From NCBI GenBank assembly GCA_045807725.1, contig JBJMGV010000115.1:452-64451 (forward strand): a stretch of DNA of 64,000 nt, written 5' to 3'. This DNA is from Blastocatellia bacterium (GTDB lineage Bacteria; Acidobacteriota; Blastocatellia; UBA7656). This document shows positions 1-10,602 of the stretch, piece by piece. Within the stretch, counting starts at the first letter, position 1; every line of letters starts with the position of its first letter. The position numbers were made by a program, and so were the translations under genes. The notes under the pieces are model-generated. The model was given only the letters and a program-made list of their open reading frames with translations, had not been told where the DNA came from and did not search any database.

Positions 1-160
1 AGGAAGAAGAGCCATTCGATTTTGGATTTGCGATTTTGGATGTTGGATTGGCGGGACTGATCTAATGCTCGTTCCTTAATCCAAAATCTAAAATCGCAAC
101 TTCGGAGGGCTTGTAAACTTTTGCCGCACCGCGAAGGGCGGTAGATGGAGGAAGAAAGCA

Positions 161-799
161 TTGGCTAGATATCGTGGCCCGGTGTGCCGTCTGTGCCGCC
201 GGGAAGGAATGAAGCTGTTTTTGAAGGGCGAGCGTTGTTATAAACCAAGCTGCCCGATTGAAAAACGCGGCACCCAGCCGCCCGGCCAGCACGGTCGCAA
301 CGTCCGTCGCGCCAAGCTCATCGGCTACGGCGAACAATTGCGCGAGAAGCAGAAGGTCAAACGCATCTATGGCATGCTGGAGCGCCAGTTCCGGCTCTAC
401 TTCGAGCGCGCCGTTCGCACCAAAGGCGTCACCGGCGAGAACTTGCTCGCCCTGCTTGAGCGTCGCCTCGACAACGTTGTTTATCGGCTCGGCTACGCGA
501 TGTCGCGCCCGCAAGCGCGGCAGCTAGTCAGCCACGGTCACGTCCTCGTCAATGGCCGCAAGGTGGATATCCCAAGCTTCCAGGTCAAGGTCGGCGATGA
601 AATCTCCATCCGCGAAGGCAGCCGCACCAACGTTCATATTCAGAGCGCCTTCCAGACTGCTTCGGGACGCGGTCGTCCGGGCTGGCTCGAAGCCGTCACC
701 GTTGACGATATGCGTGGCCGCGTCGTCGCCCTGCCGCGCCGCGATGACATCGGCCAGAATATCAACGAACAGCTTATCGTCGAGCTTTATTCTAAGTAG
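161..799 (+). CDS. rpsD: 30S ribosomal protein S4
   Basis: Translation [31 protein letters not shown]... is a canonical S4 N-terminus with zinc-ribbon-like Cys pairs. Sits upstream of rpoA as in the alpha operon. Confidence 0.95.
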   Translation: MARYRGPVCRLCRREGMKLFLKGERCYKPSCPIEKRGTQPPGQHGRNVRRAKLIGYGEQLREKQKVKRIYGMLERQFRLYFERAVRTKGVTGENLLALLERRLDNVVYRLGYAMSRPQARQLVSHGHVLVNGRKVDIPSFQVKVGDEISIREGSRTNVHIQSAFQTASGRGRPGWLEAVTVDDMRGRVVALPRRDDIGQNINEQLIVELYSK

Positions 800-915
800 T
801 TCACGCAAGGTGTCGGAGGTTGGTTGTCGGGGTTCAGGCGGGTCACTTTGAGAAAGTGGCCGCGCCTAACCTGACACCTAACGCCCGTCACCTCTAACCT
901 GTTTGAGGGGAAGCA

Positions 916-1926
916 ATGACCAACACCGAAACCCAATTCATGATTGGCTTCCAGAAGCCGAAGCGCCTCGCCTCTGAGCCGGAAACGGCGACCAGCCGTT
1001 ATGCCAAGTTCTATGCGCAACCGTTCGAGCGCGGGTTCGGGACGACCATCGGCAACTGCCTGCGCCGCGCGCTGCTCTCGTCGGTTGAGGGTGCGGCCAT
1101 TACGGCGGTGAAGATCGAAGGCGTGCTGCACGAGTTCTCTTCGATCCCCGGCGTCGTCGAAGATGCGACCGACATTATTCTCAACCTCAAGCGCATCCCG
1201 TTCCGGCTGCACGGCATCGGGCCGAAGACCCTGCGCGTCGAGCGCACCGTGCCGGGCGAAATGTTATCGGGCGAGATCGAAACCGACAGCGACGTTGAAA
1301 TCCTCGACCCCAACGTTCACATCGCCACCGTCTCGGAAGGCGGCTCGCTGACCATCGAAATGCGCTTGAAGCGCGGGCGCGGTTACATCAGCGCCGAGCG
1401 CAATTATGACGAAGACCTGGCGGTCGGCTACATCCCGATTGATTCAGTTCACTCGCCGGTGAAGAAGGTCAACTACACGGTTGACTCGGCGCGACTAGGC
1501 CAAGACACCGATTACGACAAACTGACCATTGAAGTCTGGACGAATGGCTCGGTACAACCGGCCAACGCCGTGGGCCTTGCCGCCAAGCTCATCAAAGATC
1601 ACATGCAGATCTTCATCAACTTCGAGGAAGAGCCGGACCACGCCGATGGCGATGGCGAAGGCGGCGAGCGCGGCGCGTTCAACGAGAACCTCGACCGTTC
1701 GGTGGATGAGCTTGAACTGAGCGTGCGCTCGTACAACTGCCTGAAGAACGCCGACATTCGCACCATCCGCGAGCTGGTTCAGAAGAGCGAGGCGGAGATG
1801 CTCAAGACTAAAAACTTCGGGCGCAAGTCGCTGAACGAGATTAAAGAGATTCTGCAATCCATGGGCTTGCATCTCGGCATGCGCTTTGACGATCACGGGC
1901 GGCTGCTTGACGAAGCCACCGCGTAA
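916..1926 (+). CDS. rpoA: DNA-directed RNA polymerase subunit alpha
   Basis: 336 aa with conserved alpha NTD and CTD ([22 protein letters not shown]). Operon order rpsD-rpoA-rplQ. Confidence 0.95.
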   Translation: MTNTETQFMIGFQKPKRLASEPETATSRYAKFYAQPFERGFGTTIGNCLRRALLSSVEGAAITAVKIEGVLHEFSSIPGVVEDATDIILNLKRIPFRLHGIGPKTLRVERTVPGEMLSGEIETDSDVEILDPNVHIATVSEGGSLTIEMRLKRGRGYISAERNYDEDLAVGYIPIDSVHSPVKKVNYTVDSARLGQDTDYDKLTIEVWTNGSVQPANAVGLAAKLIKDHMQIFINFEEEPDHADGDGEGGERGAFNENLDRSVDELELSVRSYNCLKNADIRTIRELVQKSEAEMLKTKNFGRKSLNEIKEILQSMGLHLGMRFDDHGRLLDEATA

Positions 1927-1930
1927 ATAA

Positions 1931-2005
1931 GTAAAGAGTGATGAGTGATGAGTTGAAAACCAACTCGCTACTCATCACTCTTTACTCATCATTCATCATT
2001 TTCTT
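1931..2005 (+). terminator. Long hairpin plus T-rich tract after rpoA (terminator or attenuator between rpoA and rplQ)
   Basis: Perfect inverted repeat gtaaagagtgatgagt (1931-1946) / actcatcactctttac (1970-1985). Inner pair gagttg/caactc. Followed by tcatcattcatcattttcttgtt. Confidence 0.55.
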
Positions 2006-2019
2006 GTTGGGGTTTTGAT

Positions 2020-2556
2020 ATGCGACATAAAGTGGCTCATAGAAAACTGGGGCGCAAGACCGATCACCGGCTCTCGATGCTGCGCAACCTCTGCACTTCG
2101 CTGATGGTCGAGGAGCGGTTGATTACGACGCTGCCGAAGGCGAAAGAACTGCGCCCGTTCGCCGAACGCGTCATCACACTCGGCAAGCGCGCGCTGTCGG
2201 CTGAAGGGCCTGAGCATGCGCTGCACCTGCGTCGCCAGGCGGCGGCTTATTTCCACAGCGGCAATACCAATCGCACGCCCGACGGCGGCTATAAGCGCCC
2301 GCGCGCTGAGCGCACGGCAGGCGTCGCGGCGGTCGATAAGCTGTTCGGCGAGATCGCGGCGCGCTACACGGACCGGCCCGGCGGCTACACGCGCATCCTC
2401 AAACTCGGTGCGCGGCGCGGCGACGGAGCCGAGATGGCGCTGATCGAGTTGATCGGCAGCGAGGCCGCGCAGCCGGCGGCTGAAGAAGCCAAGCCGGAGG
2501 CCAAGAAGAAACGCGGCCTGCTCGGTCGGTTCAGAAAAGATCAACCCAAAGCATAG
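2020..2556 (+). CDS. rplQ: 50S ribosomal protein L17 (with Ala/Lys-rich C-terminal extension)
   Basis: MRHKVAHRKLGRKTDHRLSMLRNLCTSLMVEERLITTLPKAKELRPFAERVITLGKR is the L17 signature. Confidence 0.93.
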   Translation: MRHKVAHRKLGRKTDHRLSMLRNLCTSLMVEERLITTLPKAKELRPFAERVITLGKRALSAEGPEHALHLRRQAAAYFHSGNTNRTPDGGYKRPRAERTAGVAAVDKLFGEIAARYTDRPGGYTRILKLGARRGDGAEMALIELIGSEAAQPAAEEAKPEAKKKRGLLGRFRKDQPKA

Positions 2557-2619
2557 ACCCGGCCAACGCGCGCGGCGTCAGCAGGCGGGCAGTTGGTTAA
2601 GCCTACGGACAGAACGCTG

Positions 2620-2657
2620 AAAGCCTCAGCCGCACGCGGTTGAGGCTTTCGCTTGTT
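2620..2657 (+). terminator. Rho-independent terminator candidate after rplQ
   Basis: Stem aaagcctca / tgaggcttt with GC-rich interior, followed by cgcttgtt. Confidence 0.5.
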
Positions 2658-2667
2658 GGCCGAACGT

Positions 2668-2769
2668 GGTAGTTTCTGGGTTCTAGTTTCCGGTTCCGAG
2701 TTGCTGTTAGGCCGGGACGAGTCATATTCAATAAGGGACTAGAAACCGGGAACCGGAAACCAGAACTGG
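2668..2769 (+). promoter_or_regulatory. Long imperfect inverted repeat in the accB 5' leader
   Basis: Arms ggtagtttctgggttctagtttccggttccgag and ctagaaaccgggaaccggaaaccagaactgg flank a 38-nt loop. The structure ends 11 nt before the accB ATG. Weak SD GAGGGA. Confidence 0.45.
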
Positions 2770-2780
2770 CGAGGGAAACG

Positions 2781-3278
2781 ATGGACTTGAAAGAGGTCAA
2801 AGAGCTGATCGAGTTGGTAAGCGAGAAAGGCTTTGCCGAGTTCGAGATTGAGCACGATGGGTTTCGGCTGCATATCAGCCGGTTCAAAGAGCCATCGCTC
2901 ATTCAGGCGGCTCCGGCCCCGGTCATCCTGTCAGCGCCGCTGCCCGTTGCGCAAGAAACCGCCCTGCCTGTTGCGGCTCCCGCGCCGCCTCCCGCAGTGG
3001 CCCCGGCGACGCCTGTCGGCGCTCAACCGACGAAGCCGGAACTGCACGTCATCAAGTCGCCCATTGTCGGCACCTTCTATCGCTCGCCATCGCCGACCTC
3101 CGACGTCTTCGTTAAGATCGGCGATCACGTTGAGCCTGAAAGCGTCGTCTGCATCATCGAAGCGATGAAGCTGATGAATGAGATTCAGGCCGAAACCAGC
3201 GGCGAAGTCGTCGAAATCTACGTCCAGAACGGCCAGCCCGTCGAATACGGCCAACCGTTGTTCGGAATAAAATTCTAG
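2781..3278 (+). CDS. accB: Biotin carboxyl carrier protein of acetyl-CoA carboxylase
   Basis: Pro/Ala-rich linker and C-terminal biotinyl domain with the EAMKLMNEI biotinylation motif. Confidence 0.9.
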   Translation: MDLKEVKELIELVSEKGFAEFEIEHDGFRLHISRFKEPSLIQAAPAPVILSAPLPVAQETALPVAAPAPPPAVAPATPVGAQPTKPELHVIKSPIVGTFYRSPSPTSDVFVKIGDHVEPESVVCIIEAMKLMNEIQAETSGEVVEIYVQNGQPVEYGQPLFGIKF

Positions 3279-3280
3279 AA

Positions 3281-3384
3281 GTCAGGAGTCAGGAGTCAGA
3301 AGCCAGAATGAATAAGGAAGCACCGCGCGCCGACTTCCTCTTCCATTCTGATTCCTGACTCCTGATTCCTGACTCCTGACTCCT
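3281..3384 (+). promoter_or_regulatory. Heptad-repeat hairpin filling the accB-accC spacer
   Basis: Arm 1: agtcagg agtcagg agtcaga agccaga atg... Arm 2: ...cattctgattcctgactcctgattcctgactcctgactcct. Arm 2 ends directly at the accC ATG, so the region upstream of accC is the pyrimidine anti-SD-like arm. Confidence 0.5.
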
Positions 3385-4767
3385 ATGTTTAAAAAAATAC
3401 TCATCGCCAATCGCGGCGAGATTGCCATGCGAGTCATCTGGGCGTGCAAGGAGCTTGGCATTCCGACCGTCGCCGTTTATTCGGAAGCCGACCGCGATGC
3501 GTTGCACGTGCGGTTCGCCGACGAAGCCATCTGCATAGGCCCCGCGCCATCGGCCAAAAGCTACCTGAACATTCCGGCCATCATCTCTGCGGCGGAAATT
3601 ACAAACGTAGACGCGATCCATCCGGGCTATGGCTTCCTGGCCGAGAATGCTTACTTCGCTGAAGTCTGCGAAGCGTGCAACATTAAATTCATCGGCCCGC
3701 GTCCCGAAACGATCAAGCTAATGGGCGACAAGGCGCGGGCGCGCGCAGCGATGAAGGCTGCCGGCATGCCCATCACGCCCGGCTTTGACGGCATCATCGA
3801 AGCCGAAGAAGACGCCCTGCGCATCGCCGCTGAAATCGGCTTTCCGGTGATTATTAAAGCGTCGGCGGGCGGCGGCGGTCGAGGCATGCGCATCGTGCGC
3901 AGCCGGGATGAATTGCTGACAGCACTGCCGGCGGCACAACACGAGGCCGAAGTCGCTTTCAATAATTCTGCGGTCTACATCGAAAAATACATAGAGGTTG
4001 CGCGGCACATCGAGATTCAGGTGCTCGGCGATTCGTTCGGCAACGTCGTTCACCTGGGCGAGCGTGAGTGCTCGATTCAACGCCGCCACCAAAAGTTGAT
4101 TGAGGAGTCGCCTTCGCCGGCCTTGACGCCATCGCTCAGAAAGGCGATGGGCGTGGCGGCGGCCAAGGCTTGCCGCGAGATCGGGTACGTCAGCGCCGGC
4201 ACGATGGAGTTCTTGCTCGACGAAGAAAAGAACTTTTATTTTATGGAGATGAACACGCGCATACAGGTCGAACACCCTGTGACCGAGATGGTGACGAATA
4301 CCGATCTGGTGCGCGAGCAGATACTAATTGCCGCTGGCCGGAAGATCGAGTTCGAGCAGCGGGACATCGCCTTCAACGGCCACGCCATTGAATGTCGGAT
4401 CAACGCCGAATCGCCGACCACCTACGCGCCGTCGCCGGGGTTGATCACGACGCTGAATCTGCCGGGCGGGCCGGGCGTGCGCATAGACACGGCGGCCTAT
4501 CCTGGATGGTTCGTGCCGCCGCATTACGATTCGCTGATCGCCAAGTTGATCGTCCACCACCGCTCGCGCGACCTCGCCATCGCGCGGATGCAGCGTGCGC
4601 TTGAAGCCTTCATCGTCGAAGGGATTGAAACCAGCATCCCGCTTGATCAACGCATTCTTGCCGACGCGGACTTTCAGGCGGGCGATATGTCAACCAAGTT
4701 TATGGAACGATTCATCGCCGCGCGACCGGCCCGCAAAGCATCGCCAAAGGCAAGCGGAGCGGAATAA
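3385..4767 (+). CDS. accC: Acetyl-CoA carboxylase biotin carboxylase subunit
   Basis: [26 protein letters not shown]..., ATP-grasp fold, 460 aa. Confidence 0.95.
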   Translation: MFKKILIANRGEIAMRVIWACKELGIPTVAVYSEADRDALHVRFADEAICIGPAPSAKSYLNIPAIISAAEITNVDAIHPGYGFLAENAYFAEVCEACNIKFIGPRPETIKLMGDKARARAAMKAAGMPITPGFDGIIEAEEDALRIAAEIGFPVIIKASAGGGGRGMRIVRSRDELLTALPAAQHEAEVAFNNSAVYIEKYIEVARHIEIQVLGDSFGNVVHLGERECSIQRRHQKLIEESPSPALTPSLRKAMGVAAAKACREIGYVSAGTMEFLLDEEKNFYFMEMNTRIQVEHPVTEMVTNTDLVREQILIAAGRKIEFEQRDIAFNGHAIECRINAESPTTYAPSPGLITTLNLPGGPGVRIDTAAYPGWFVPPHYDSLIAKLIVHHRSRDLAIARMQRALEAFIVEGIETSIPLDQRILADADFQAGDMSTKFMERFIAARPARKASPKASGAE

Positions 4768-4793
4768 GCTCTGACTGCCGTTCGTACTGAGCC

Positions 4794-5420
4794 ATGAGCT
4801 TTACGCTGCCGAGACTCTACCCTATCACTGACACGCGCCTCACCAACTTGACGCACGCTGAACAGGTCGAACGGCTGGCGGCTGGCGGCGCGACGCTCGT
4901 GCAGTTGCGCGAAAAGCACGCCGCGCCGCGCGAGTTTTATGAAGCCGCTCGGCGAGCCGTCGAAGTCGCCCGCGCGCTCGGCGTCCGCCTCATCATTAAT
5001 GATCGTGTAGACATCGCGCTCGCGGTTGACGCCGACGGCGTGCATCTCGGTCAGGGCGATTTGCCGGTCGAGCGGGCGAGGGAACTGATCGGCGCATCGC
5101 GCATTCTTGGCTATTCGACGCACAACGTGCAACAGGCTTTGGAAGCCAATTCTGCGCCGGTTGATTACATCGCGGTCGGCCCGGTTTTTCAGACGAGCAC
5201 GAAAGAGAATCCCGATCCTGTGGTCGGCCCTGACCTAATTCGTGAATTGAAGCCTCGCCTGATGAAACCACTCGTCGGGATTGGCGGCATCACGCTCGAC
5301 CGCGCCCCCGCCGTCATCGCCGCCGGGGCCGATAGCGTCGCCGTCATCGCCGACCTTTACGCTGCCGGCAGCCTCACGACTCGCACGCGCGAATACCTTC
5401 AGTGCCTCGGCTCGCTTTAA
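4794..5420 (+). CDS. thiE: Thiamine-phosphate synthase
   Basis: 208 aa. LYPITD N-terminus and TIM-barrel ThiE motifs (GVHLGQGDLP, GGI). Confidence 0.85.
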   Translation: MSFTLPRLYPITDTRLTNLTHAEQVERLAAGGATLVQLREKHAAPREFYEAARRAVEVARALGVRLIINDRVDIALAVDADGVHLGQGDLPVERARELIGASRILGYSTHNVQQALEANSAPVDYIAVGPVFQTSTKENPDPVVGPDLIRELKPRLMKPLVGIGGITLDRAPAVIAAGADSVAVIADLYAAGSLTTRTREYLQCLGSL

Positions 5421-5466
5421 TGATTGCGACGCGGATAGCCGCAGCCCGACGGCGACGACCTGCGAC

Positions 5467-6618
5467 TTAATTGGGGCACCTTTCATTACAAAAGAAAGGC
5501 GTACTTGGCCCGCTGTTACAGGTCTGGATTGGATTGGTGATGACAATGTTGCCGGGCAAGCCGCCGCAGAACTTCTTTACCACGCGAATCGACTTGAAGG
5601 TCGTGGTTGAGCCAGGCTCAAGCTCGACGAACTGGACCTTCTTGGGCGTCAAGCCGCCGACCGTGACCGTCGCCCCAGCTTTGATATTCGCGCCGAAAAT
5701 GTTCAATACGAATGACCCGTTAGGGCTGCGCTCAAGCTGACAGCCGTTAACGAGCGGCTGGTCAAAAAACGGATCGGGGGAAGTCTGGAAAAGCGAAATC
5801 GTGTAATCTGCACTCGCTTGAGAACAGTTGCCGATGGCGATGAAGAAGGTGCCACCGGACGGCACGCTGAGATTTTGAAAGACACGCGGAGCGGTTGACA
5901 CAATGTCGGCGACGATCTGCCCACCTTCGATAGCTACACGCTGATCACGCCGAATATAGAGATTGATGTTTTGATCGCTCCTGGCGGTGACGCTCGTGAA
6001 GAGTCCTCCACAGGGGGTGCTTGTGGGAGTGGTGATTTTGTATTGTGTCAGGCCAAGCGTGCAGGAGCCTGACGCAGCGGCAGGAATCTCGCCGAACGAG
6101 GTCTCGTTCGTTATTTCTGCGGTGTCGGCGGTGGTCGGCCTGATCAGCCTCGCCTGAAAGGTGTAGGCCACCGGGGCTGACGTGCAACTGCGGAGACCGA
6201 TGTAGTAAGTGCCCGCCTCGAACAGATGCGATCCCGTCACAGGGAAGTAAAAGCGTGTGGAGAACGTGTTGACGTCATCAGCGATGACATGACCATTCTC
6301 AAAAGTCACCGGCTGCCCGAAACGTACATAGAAAGTGGGATGAGAAACGTCACTGATTTCTATCTTAATCCGCGTCGCGCCGCCGGGGTAGTGAATCGCG
6401 TACTGTGTCGGTCCCAGCGGACAGTCTGCACTTTGCAGTGGCGGAATCACACCGGAGACAGGCGTGTCGAAGGGCAGGGTGATAATGTCTTCAGGGATAG
6501 CCGCCCGCCCGGTCATCCCCAGGCTTGTAACCGACAAAGGCCGGCACGATTCTTTGGCCACAGGCGAGGTGGCAAAGATGAAAGTGAGTAGAGTGAGACA
6601 GTAGACGAGCCGTCGCAT
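5467..6618 (-). CDS. Secreted Cys-containing protein with two tandem ~100-aa PPC-like beta-sandwich repeats and an IPT-like C-terminal domain
   Basis: N-terminal signal peptide MRRLVYCLTLLTFIFATSPVA. Internal repeat LGPTQYAIHYPGGATRIKIEISD.../LGLTQYKITTPTSTPCGGLFTSVTARSD... Resembles the C-terminal region of the BNR protein at 44455..46671. Confidence 0.5.
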   Translation of the reverse strand: MRRLVYCLTLLTFIFATSPVAKESCRPLSVTSLGMTGRAAIPEDIITLPFDTPVSGVIPPLQSADCPLGPTQYAIHYPGGATRIKIEISDVSHPTFYVRFGQPVTFENGHVIADDVNTFSTRFYFPVTGSHLFEAGTYYIGLRSCTSAPVAYTFQARLIRPTTADTAEITNETSFGEIPAAASGSCTLGLTQYKITTPTSTPCGGLFTSVTARSDQNINLYIRRDQRVAIEGGQIVADIVSTAPRVFQNLSVPSGGTFFIAIGNCSQASADYTISLFQTSPDPFFDQPLVNGCQLERSPNGSFVLNIFGANIKAGATVTVGGLTPKKVQFVELEPGSTTTFKSIRVVKKFCGGLPGNIVITNPIQTCNSGPSTPFFCNERCPN

Positions 6619-6707
6619 GGCTTCCTCCAGAGTGGGTGGATATTAGGAACGGGCAGCTAAGGCTGAGTTTATTCCCCTTTCTTTCGTCAGTCAAAGCGTC
6701 TGGCGGT

Positions 6708-6757
6708 ATGCGAAAACACGAAAGCCACGCGATGTAACGATGGCATCGCGTGGCTTT
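6708..6757 (-). terminator. Rho-independent terminator of aspS
   Basis: Perfect 14-bp stem aaagccacgcgatg / catcgcgtggcttt. Followed on the minus strand by cgtgttttcg. Confidence 0.65.
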
Positions 6758-6784
6758 GCGGTTAATCGCTGGTGTTGTAACCCG

Positions 6785-8560
6785 TCAGTCAACGATGCGG
6801 ATGTGCAGCTCGCGCAGTTGCTGTTCAGAAACCGGGCCGGGCGCATCGTTCATCAAATCTACTGCGCTCGCCGTCTTCGGAAAGGCCATCACGTCGCGTA
6901 TGGATTTCTCGCGCGCCAGCAGCATCACCAGTCGATCAAACCCAAAAGCAATGCCGCCGTGCGGCGGCGTGCCGTATTCGAGCGCATCAAGCAGGAACCC
7001 GAACTTCATCCGCGTCTCTTCTTCGCTCAGGCCGAGCACACTGAAGATGCGCCGCTGAAGCTCGCGCGAGTGAATACGAATCGAGCCGCTCCCCAACTCC
7101 GTGCCGTTCAGCACAAGGTCGTAAGCCTTGGCGCGCACCTTGCCGGGTTCACTCTCCAACATCGGCAAGTCTTCGTCGTGCGGGCTGGTGAACGGGTGGT
7201 GCATCGCGTAGTAGCGGTCATCGTCTTCGTGGTACTCGAACATCGGGAAGTCAACCACCCACAGGAAATTGAATCGGTTCGGGTCGATCAAGTTCTCGCG
7301 CTCGGCGACTTCGAGCCGCAGAGCGCTCAAGGATGCAGCGACAACCGACGGCTTGCCGGCGACGATCAACACGCAATCGCCCGCCCCACAACCGGCTTTG
7401 ACGGCCAGTTCTGCGACTTTCTCTTCTTCCAGCGCCTTCGTAAGCGAAGAGGTTACTTCGCCGGTGTCGCTGAGCTTAATGGTCGCCATACCGCCCGCGC
7501 CGTAACGCTTCGTGATTTCGCCAAGCTCATCAAGCTGCTTGCGCGAATACTTCGCGCCGCCTTTGACCGTGATGCATTTGACCTCGCCGCCGGTTTCGAG
7601 CGCAGTCTTGTACGGCGTGAACTCTGTGCCCGCGAGCGCGTCACCCAGATCGAGCAGCTCCATCGCAAAGCGCGTGTCGGGCTTGTCCGAGCCGTATCGC
7701 CGCATCGCTTCGGCGTAGGTCATACGCGGAAAGGGAACCTCGATCTTTACGTCGATCAGCTTGCCCAGTTCGATAAACATGGGTTCGAGCGCCTTGAACA
7801 AATCGTCGGGCCGTATGAAGCTCATCTCGATGTCGATCTGCGTGAACTCCGGCTGGCGGTCGGCGCGCGAATCCTCATCGCGGAAACAGCGAGCAATCTG
7901 AAAGTACTTATCGTAGCCGGCGACCATCAGCAGTTGCTTGAATATCTGCGGCGACTGCGGCAAGGCGTAGAAGCGACCCGGATAGAGACGGCTCGGCACG
8001 ACGTAATCGCGCGCGCCTTCCGGCGTCGTCTTAATCAGCATCGGCGTCTCCATCTCGTAAAAGCCGCGCTCGTCCATATACTTTCGTATGGCGATGGTGG
8101 CGCGGTGACGCAGCCGCATATTGTATTGCATCTTCTCGCGGCGCAGATCGAGGTAGCGGTATCGCAAACGTATCTCTTCATTCTCGCGCGTCGAATCCAT
8201 CGTGAATGGCGGCGTCTTCGCGTCATTGAGAATGTATAGCTCGCGCGCTTTGACTTCGATGCGGCCCGTCTTGATCTTGGTATTGGTCTGATCCTTGTCG
8301 CGCATCACGACCTTGCCGACGATGGCGATCACGTATTCGCTGCGCAACTCCTTGGCGCGCTGATGCGCCTCCGGGTTCTTCTCTTCATCGAAGACGACCT
8401 GAACGACGCCTTCGCGGTCGCGCATATCGACGAAGGTCAGCTTGCCGAAGTCGCGGCGGTTATGTACCCAGCCCATCAAGCGGACCATCTCTCCGGCGTG
8501 CTCAGGGCGAAGCTCGCCGGAATAATGCGTGCGTTTCAGTGTTCCTAAAGTATCAAGCAT
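6785..8560 (-). CDS. aspS: Aspartate--tRNA ligase
   Basis: 591 aa. Anticodon-binding OB fold followed by the class II catalytic core (FRDEDSRADRQPEFTQIDIEMSF, GGIAFGFDRLVMLL). Confidence 0.95.
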   Translation of the reverse strand: MLDTLGTLKRTHYSGELRPEHAGEMVRLMGWVHNRRDFGKLTFVDMRDREGVVQVVFDEEKNPEAHQRAKELRSEYVIAIVGKVVMRDKDQTNTKIKTGRIEVKARELYILNDAKTPPFTMDSTRENEEIRLRYRYLDLRREKMQYNMRLRHRATIAIRKYMDERGFYEMETPMLIKTTPEGARDYVVPSRLYPGRFYALPQSPQIFKQLLMVAGYDKYFQIARCFRDEDSRADRQPEFTQIDIEMSFIRPDDLFKALEPMFIELGKLIDVKIEVPFPRMTYAEAMRRYGSDKPDTRFAMELLDLGDALAGTEFTPYKTALETGGEVKCITVKGGAKYSRKQLDELGEITKRYGAGGMATIKLSDTGEVTSSLTKALEEEKVAELAVKAGCGAGDCVLIVAGKPSVVAASLSALRLEVAERENLIDPNRFNFLWVVDFPMFEYHEDDDRYYAMHHPFTSPHDEDLPMLESEPGKVRAKAYDLVLNGTELGSGSIRIHSRELQRRIFSVLGLSEEETRMKFGFLLDALEYGTPPHGGIAFGFDRLVMLLAREKSIRDVMAFPKTASAVDLMNDAPGPVSEQQLRELHIRIVD

Positions 8561-8641
8561 AACTAGATGAATAGGGGGAGATTGGAGGCGAGAAGCTAGA
8601 GACTAGCTCGCGGAATCTGGCTAGCCTCTTGCCTCTAGTCC

Positions 8642-9934
8642 CTAGTCCCTGCCTTTCAGTGTATCAATCAGTTGGGATTCTTCCAGCTTACGTTGTTCGC
8701 CGGTCGTCATGTCGCGCAGCACATAGCTGCTCGATTGTATCTCGTCATCGCCGACGATAAGAGCATAGCGGGTGGCGAGGCTATTGGCCACTGCGAGCGA
8801 TTTCTTGAGCTTGCGGTTCTCTAGATCAACGACGACGCTGATGCCGGCTTCGCGCAACTGGCGCGAGAGCGCGTACGAGTAGCGCCGCGCTTCATCACCA
8901 ATATAAGCGACGTAAAGCGTCGGCGCATTGGCCTTCAGGTCAACGCTCGATTCGGGCAGGCTCAAGACCATCCGTTCGAGGCCGAAGGCAAAGCCGAAGC
9001 CTTTCGACGGCGGCCCGCCGATCATCTCCGAAAGTCCGTCATAACGTCCGCCGCCGACAATCGTGTTCTGCGCGCCGAGTTGATTGCCGATCAGCTCGAA
9101 GGTCGTGCGTTTGTAATAATCCAGCCCACGCACCAGTCGCGGCACGACCGTGTAAGGAATAGCGCGCTCGTCGAGCATCGCGCGGAATGCCGCGAAGTGC
9201 TCGCGGCACGGCTCGCACAACATCTCGGTGATCTTCGGCAACTCGGCGAGGTAAAGCTGGCACGATTCGACTTTGCAATCGAGCACGCGCAGCGGATTCG
9301 ATTCGTAACGCTGGTTACAACTGCCGCAGAGGTGCGGCAGGCGCTCGCGTATGGCCTCGCGCAACGCTTCAATGTAAGCCGGGCGGCAGTTCTCGTCGCC
9401 GATTGAGTTGATGTATAACGCGGTGTCGGTGATGCGCAACTGCTTCAGATACCAGTCGAGCATCTCGATGACTTCGGCTTCGATGGACGGGTCGTCGGAT
9501 TGGCCGAGCACTTCGACGCCGATCTGCGCGAACTGGCGGTAGCGGCCCTTCTGTGGGCGCTCGCGGCGAAACTGCGGGCCGATGTAAAAGAGCTTCACGA
9601 GGCCGGGCTGGTTAAACATCGAGTGCTCGATGTAAGCGCGCACGACCGACGCCGTCGATTCGGGCCGTAGGCTGATGCGTTCGCCTTTGCGGTCTTCGCG
9701 GTCGCGGTCTTCAAAGGTGTACATCTCTTTGTTTACGTCGGTCTCTGTGCCGACGCCGCGCTCGAACAGCTCGGTGCGCTCGATGATGGGCGTGCGAATC
9801 TCCTGAAAGCCGTAGCGGCGAAACGCCTCGCGCGCGGTCTGCTCGACCACGTGCCATCGCTCGATCTGCGCGTCGGCCTTGTCGGTGAATCGCGCCGGTA
9901 AGATGTCCTGTGTGCCGCGTACCTTATGAATCAT
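8642..9934 (-). CDS. hisS: Histidine--tRNA ligase
   Basis: MIHKVRGTQDILPARF..., class II motifs, 430 aa. Confidence 0.95.
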   Translation of the reverse strand: MIHKVRGTQDILPARFTDKADAQIERWHVVEQTAREAFRRYGFQEIRTPIIERTELFERGVGTETDVNKEMYTFEDRDREDRKGERISLRPESTASVVRAYIEHSMFNQPGLVKLFYIGPQFRRERPQKGRYRQFAQIGVEVLGQSDDPSIEAEVIEMLDWYLKQLRITDTALYINSIGDENCRPAYIEALREAIRERLPHLCGSCNQRYESNPLRVLDCKVESCQLYLAELPKITEMLCEPCREHFAAFRAMLDERAIPYTVVPRLVRGLDYYKRTTFELIGNQLGAQNTIVGGGRYDGLSEMIGGPPSKGFGFAFGLERMVLSLPESSVDLKANAPTLYVAYIGDEARRYSYALSRQLREAGISVVVDLENRKLKKSLAVANSLATRYALIVGDDEIQSSSYVLRDMTTGEQRKLEESQLIDTLKGRD

Positions 9935-10449
9935 CCGCCAAACTCTGCTTGATAAATTGCCTTGTATTCGACGTAGTTCTGCCAGTGCCGATTAATCAAC
10001 GCCACTTCTTCTTCGGTGACTTCGCGCCGCACCTTGGCGGGCGAACCCATCACCATTGAGCGCGGCGGAATCACCGTGCCCGGCGTGACCAGCGCGCCGG
10101 CGGCGATGAATGACTCTTCGCCAATCGTCACATTGTCCAAAACGATAGCGCCAATGCCGACCAGCACGCGGTCTTTGACGGTGCAGCCGTGCAGCACCGC
10201 CGCGTGGCCGACCGTGACGTAATCGCCGATAATCGTGGGGAATCGCCCGTTAGTCACGTGAATGATCGTGCCGTCTTGTATGTTCGTGTAATTGCCGACG
10301 CGAATATAATGCACGTCGCCGCGCAGCACGCAGTTGAACCAGACGCTCGACTGCTCGCCGACGTGAACGTCACCGATAATCTGCGCGCTGGATTCGATGA
10401 ACGCCGTCAGCGCAATATGCGGCGCGATGCCTTTGTAAACTCGGATCAT
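9931..10449 (-). CDS. Gamma carbonic anhydrase family / hexapeptide-repeat protein
   Basis: Left-handed beta-helix hexapeptide repeats. The family N-terminus MIRVYKGIAPHI is the internal Met. The ORF-track start at 10578 adds a 43-aa extension with no support. ATGA overlap with hisS. Confidence 0.8.
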   Translation of the reverse strand: MIRVYKGIAPHIALTAFIESSAQIIGDVHVGEQSSVWFNCVLRGDVHYIRVGNYTNIQDGTIIHVTNGRFPTIIGDYVTVGHAAVLHGCTVKDRVLVGIGAIVLDNVTIGEESFIAAGALVTPGTVIPPRSMVMGSPAKVRREVTEEEVALINRHWQNYVEYKAIYQAEFGG

Positions 10450-10602
10450 AATCGAGCATTCGCCCGCGTTTCCCGCTACTCTTTTGTAAGCGCGCTGCCT
10501 ACAGATGAGAAACGCAACCAGTACTGAAAACATGGACGTTAGCACATCGCCGGAAAGCGTCGCAAGTTGACACCCCAAAGCCGCTCGACTAGCATCTGCG
10601 TG

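Noticed and set aside
5467-6618. Possible adhesin or toxin annotation for the secreted repeat protein
   Set aside because: Only generic PPC-like and IPT-like beta-sandwich repeats are visible, with no catalytic or toxin motif. It is left as a secreted protein of unknown function.
6740-8239. 499-aa ORF on the plus strand
   Set aside because: It is entirely antisense to aspS, whose product has unmistakable class II aaRS motifs. Long antisense ORFs are expected at this GC content. It has no RBS and a low-complexity Arg/Ala-rich translation.
10450-10578. N-terminal extensions of several track ORFs (gamma-CA 10578; DUF3037 26127; mpl 44606; NamZ 36104; OMT 37141; SDR 37808; MFS 39105; HU 47772; CrtI-like 29631; BNR 44368)
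   Set aside because: The track takes the most upstream ATG, GTG or TTG. Internal starts fit family N-termini, have SD sequences, and remove overlaps with upstream genes.
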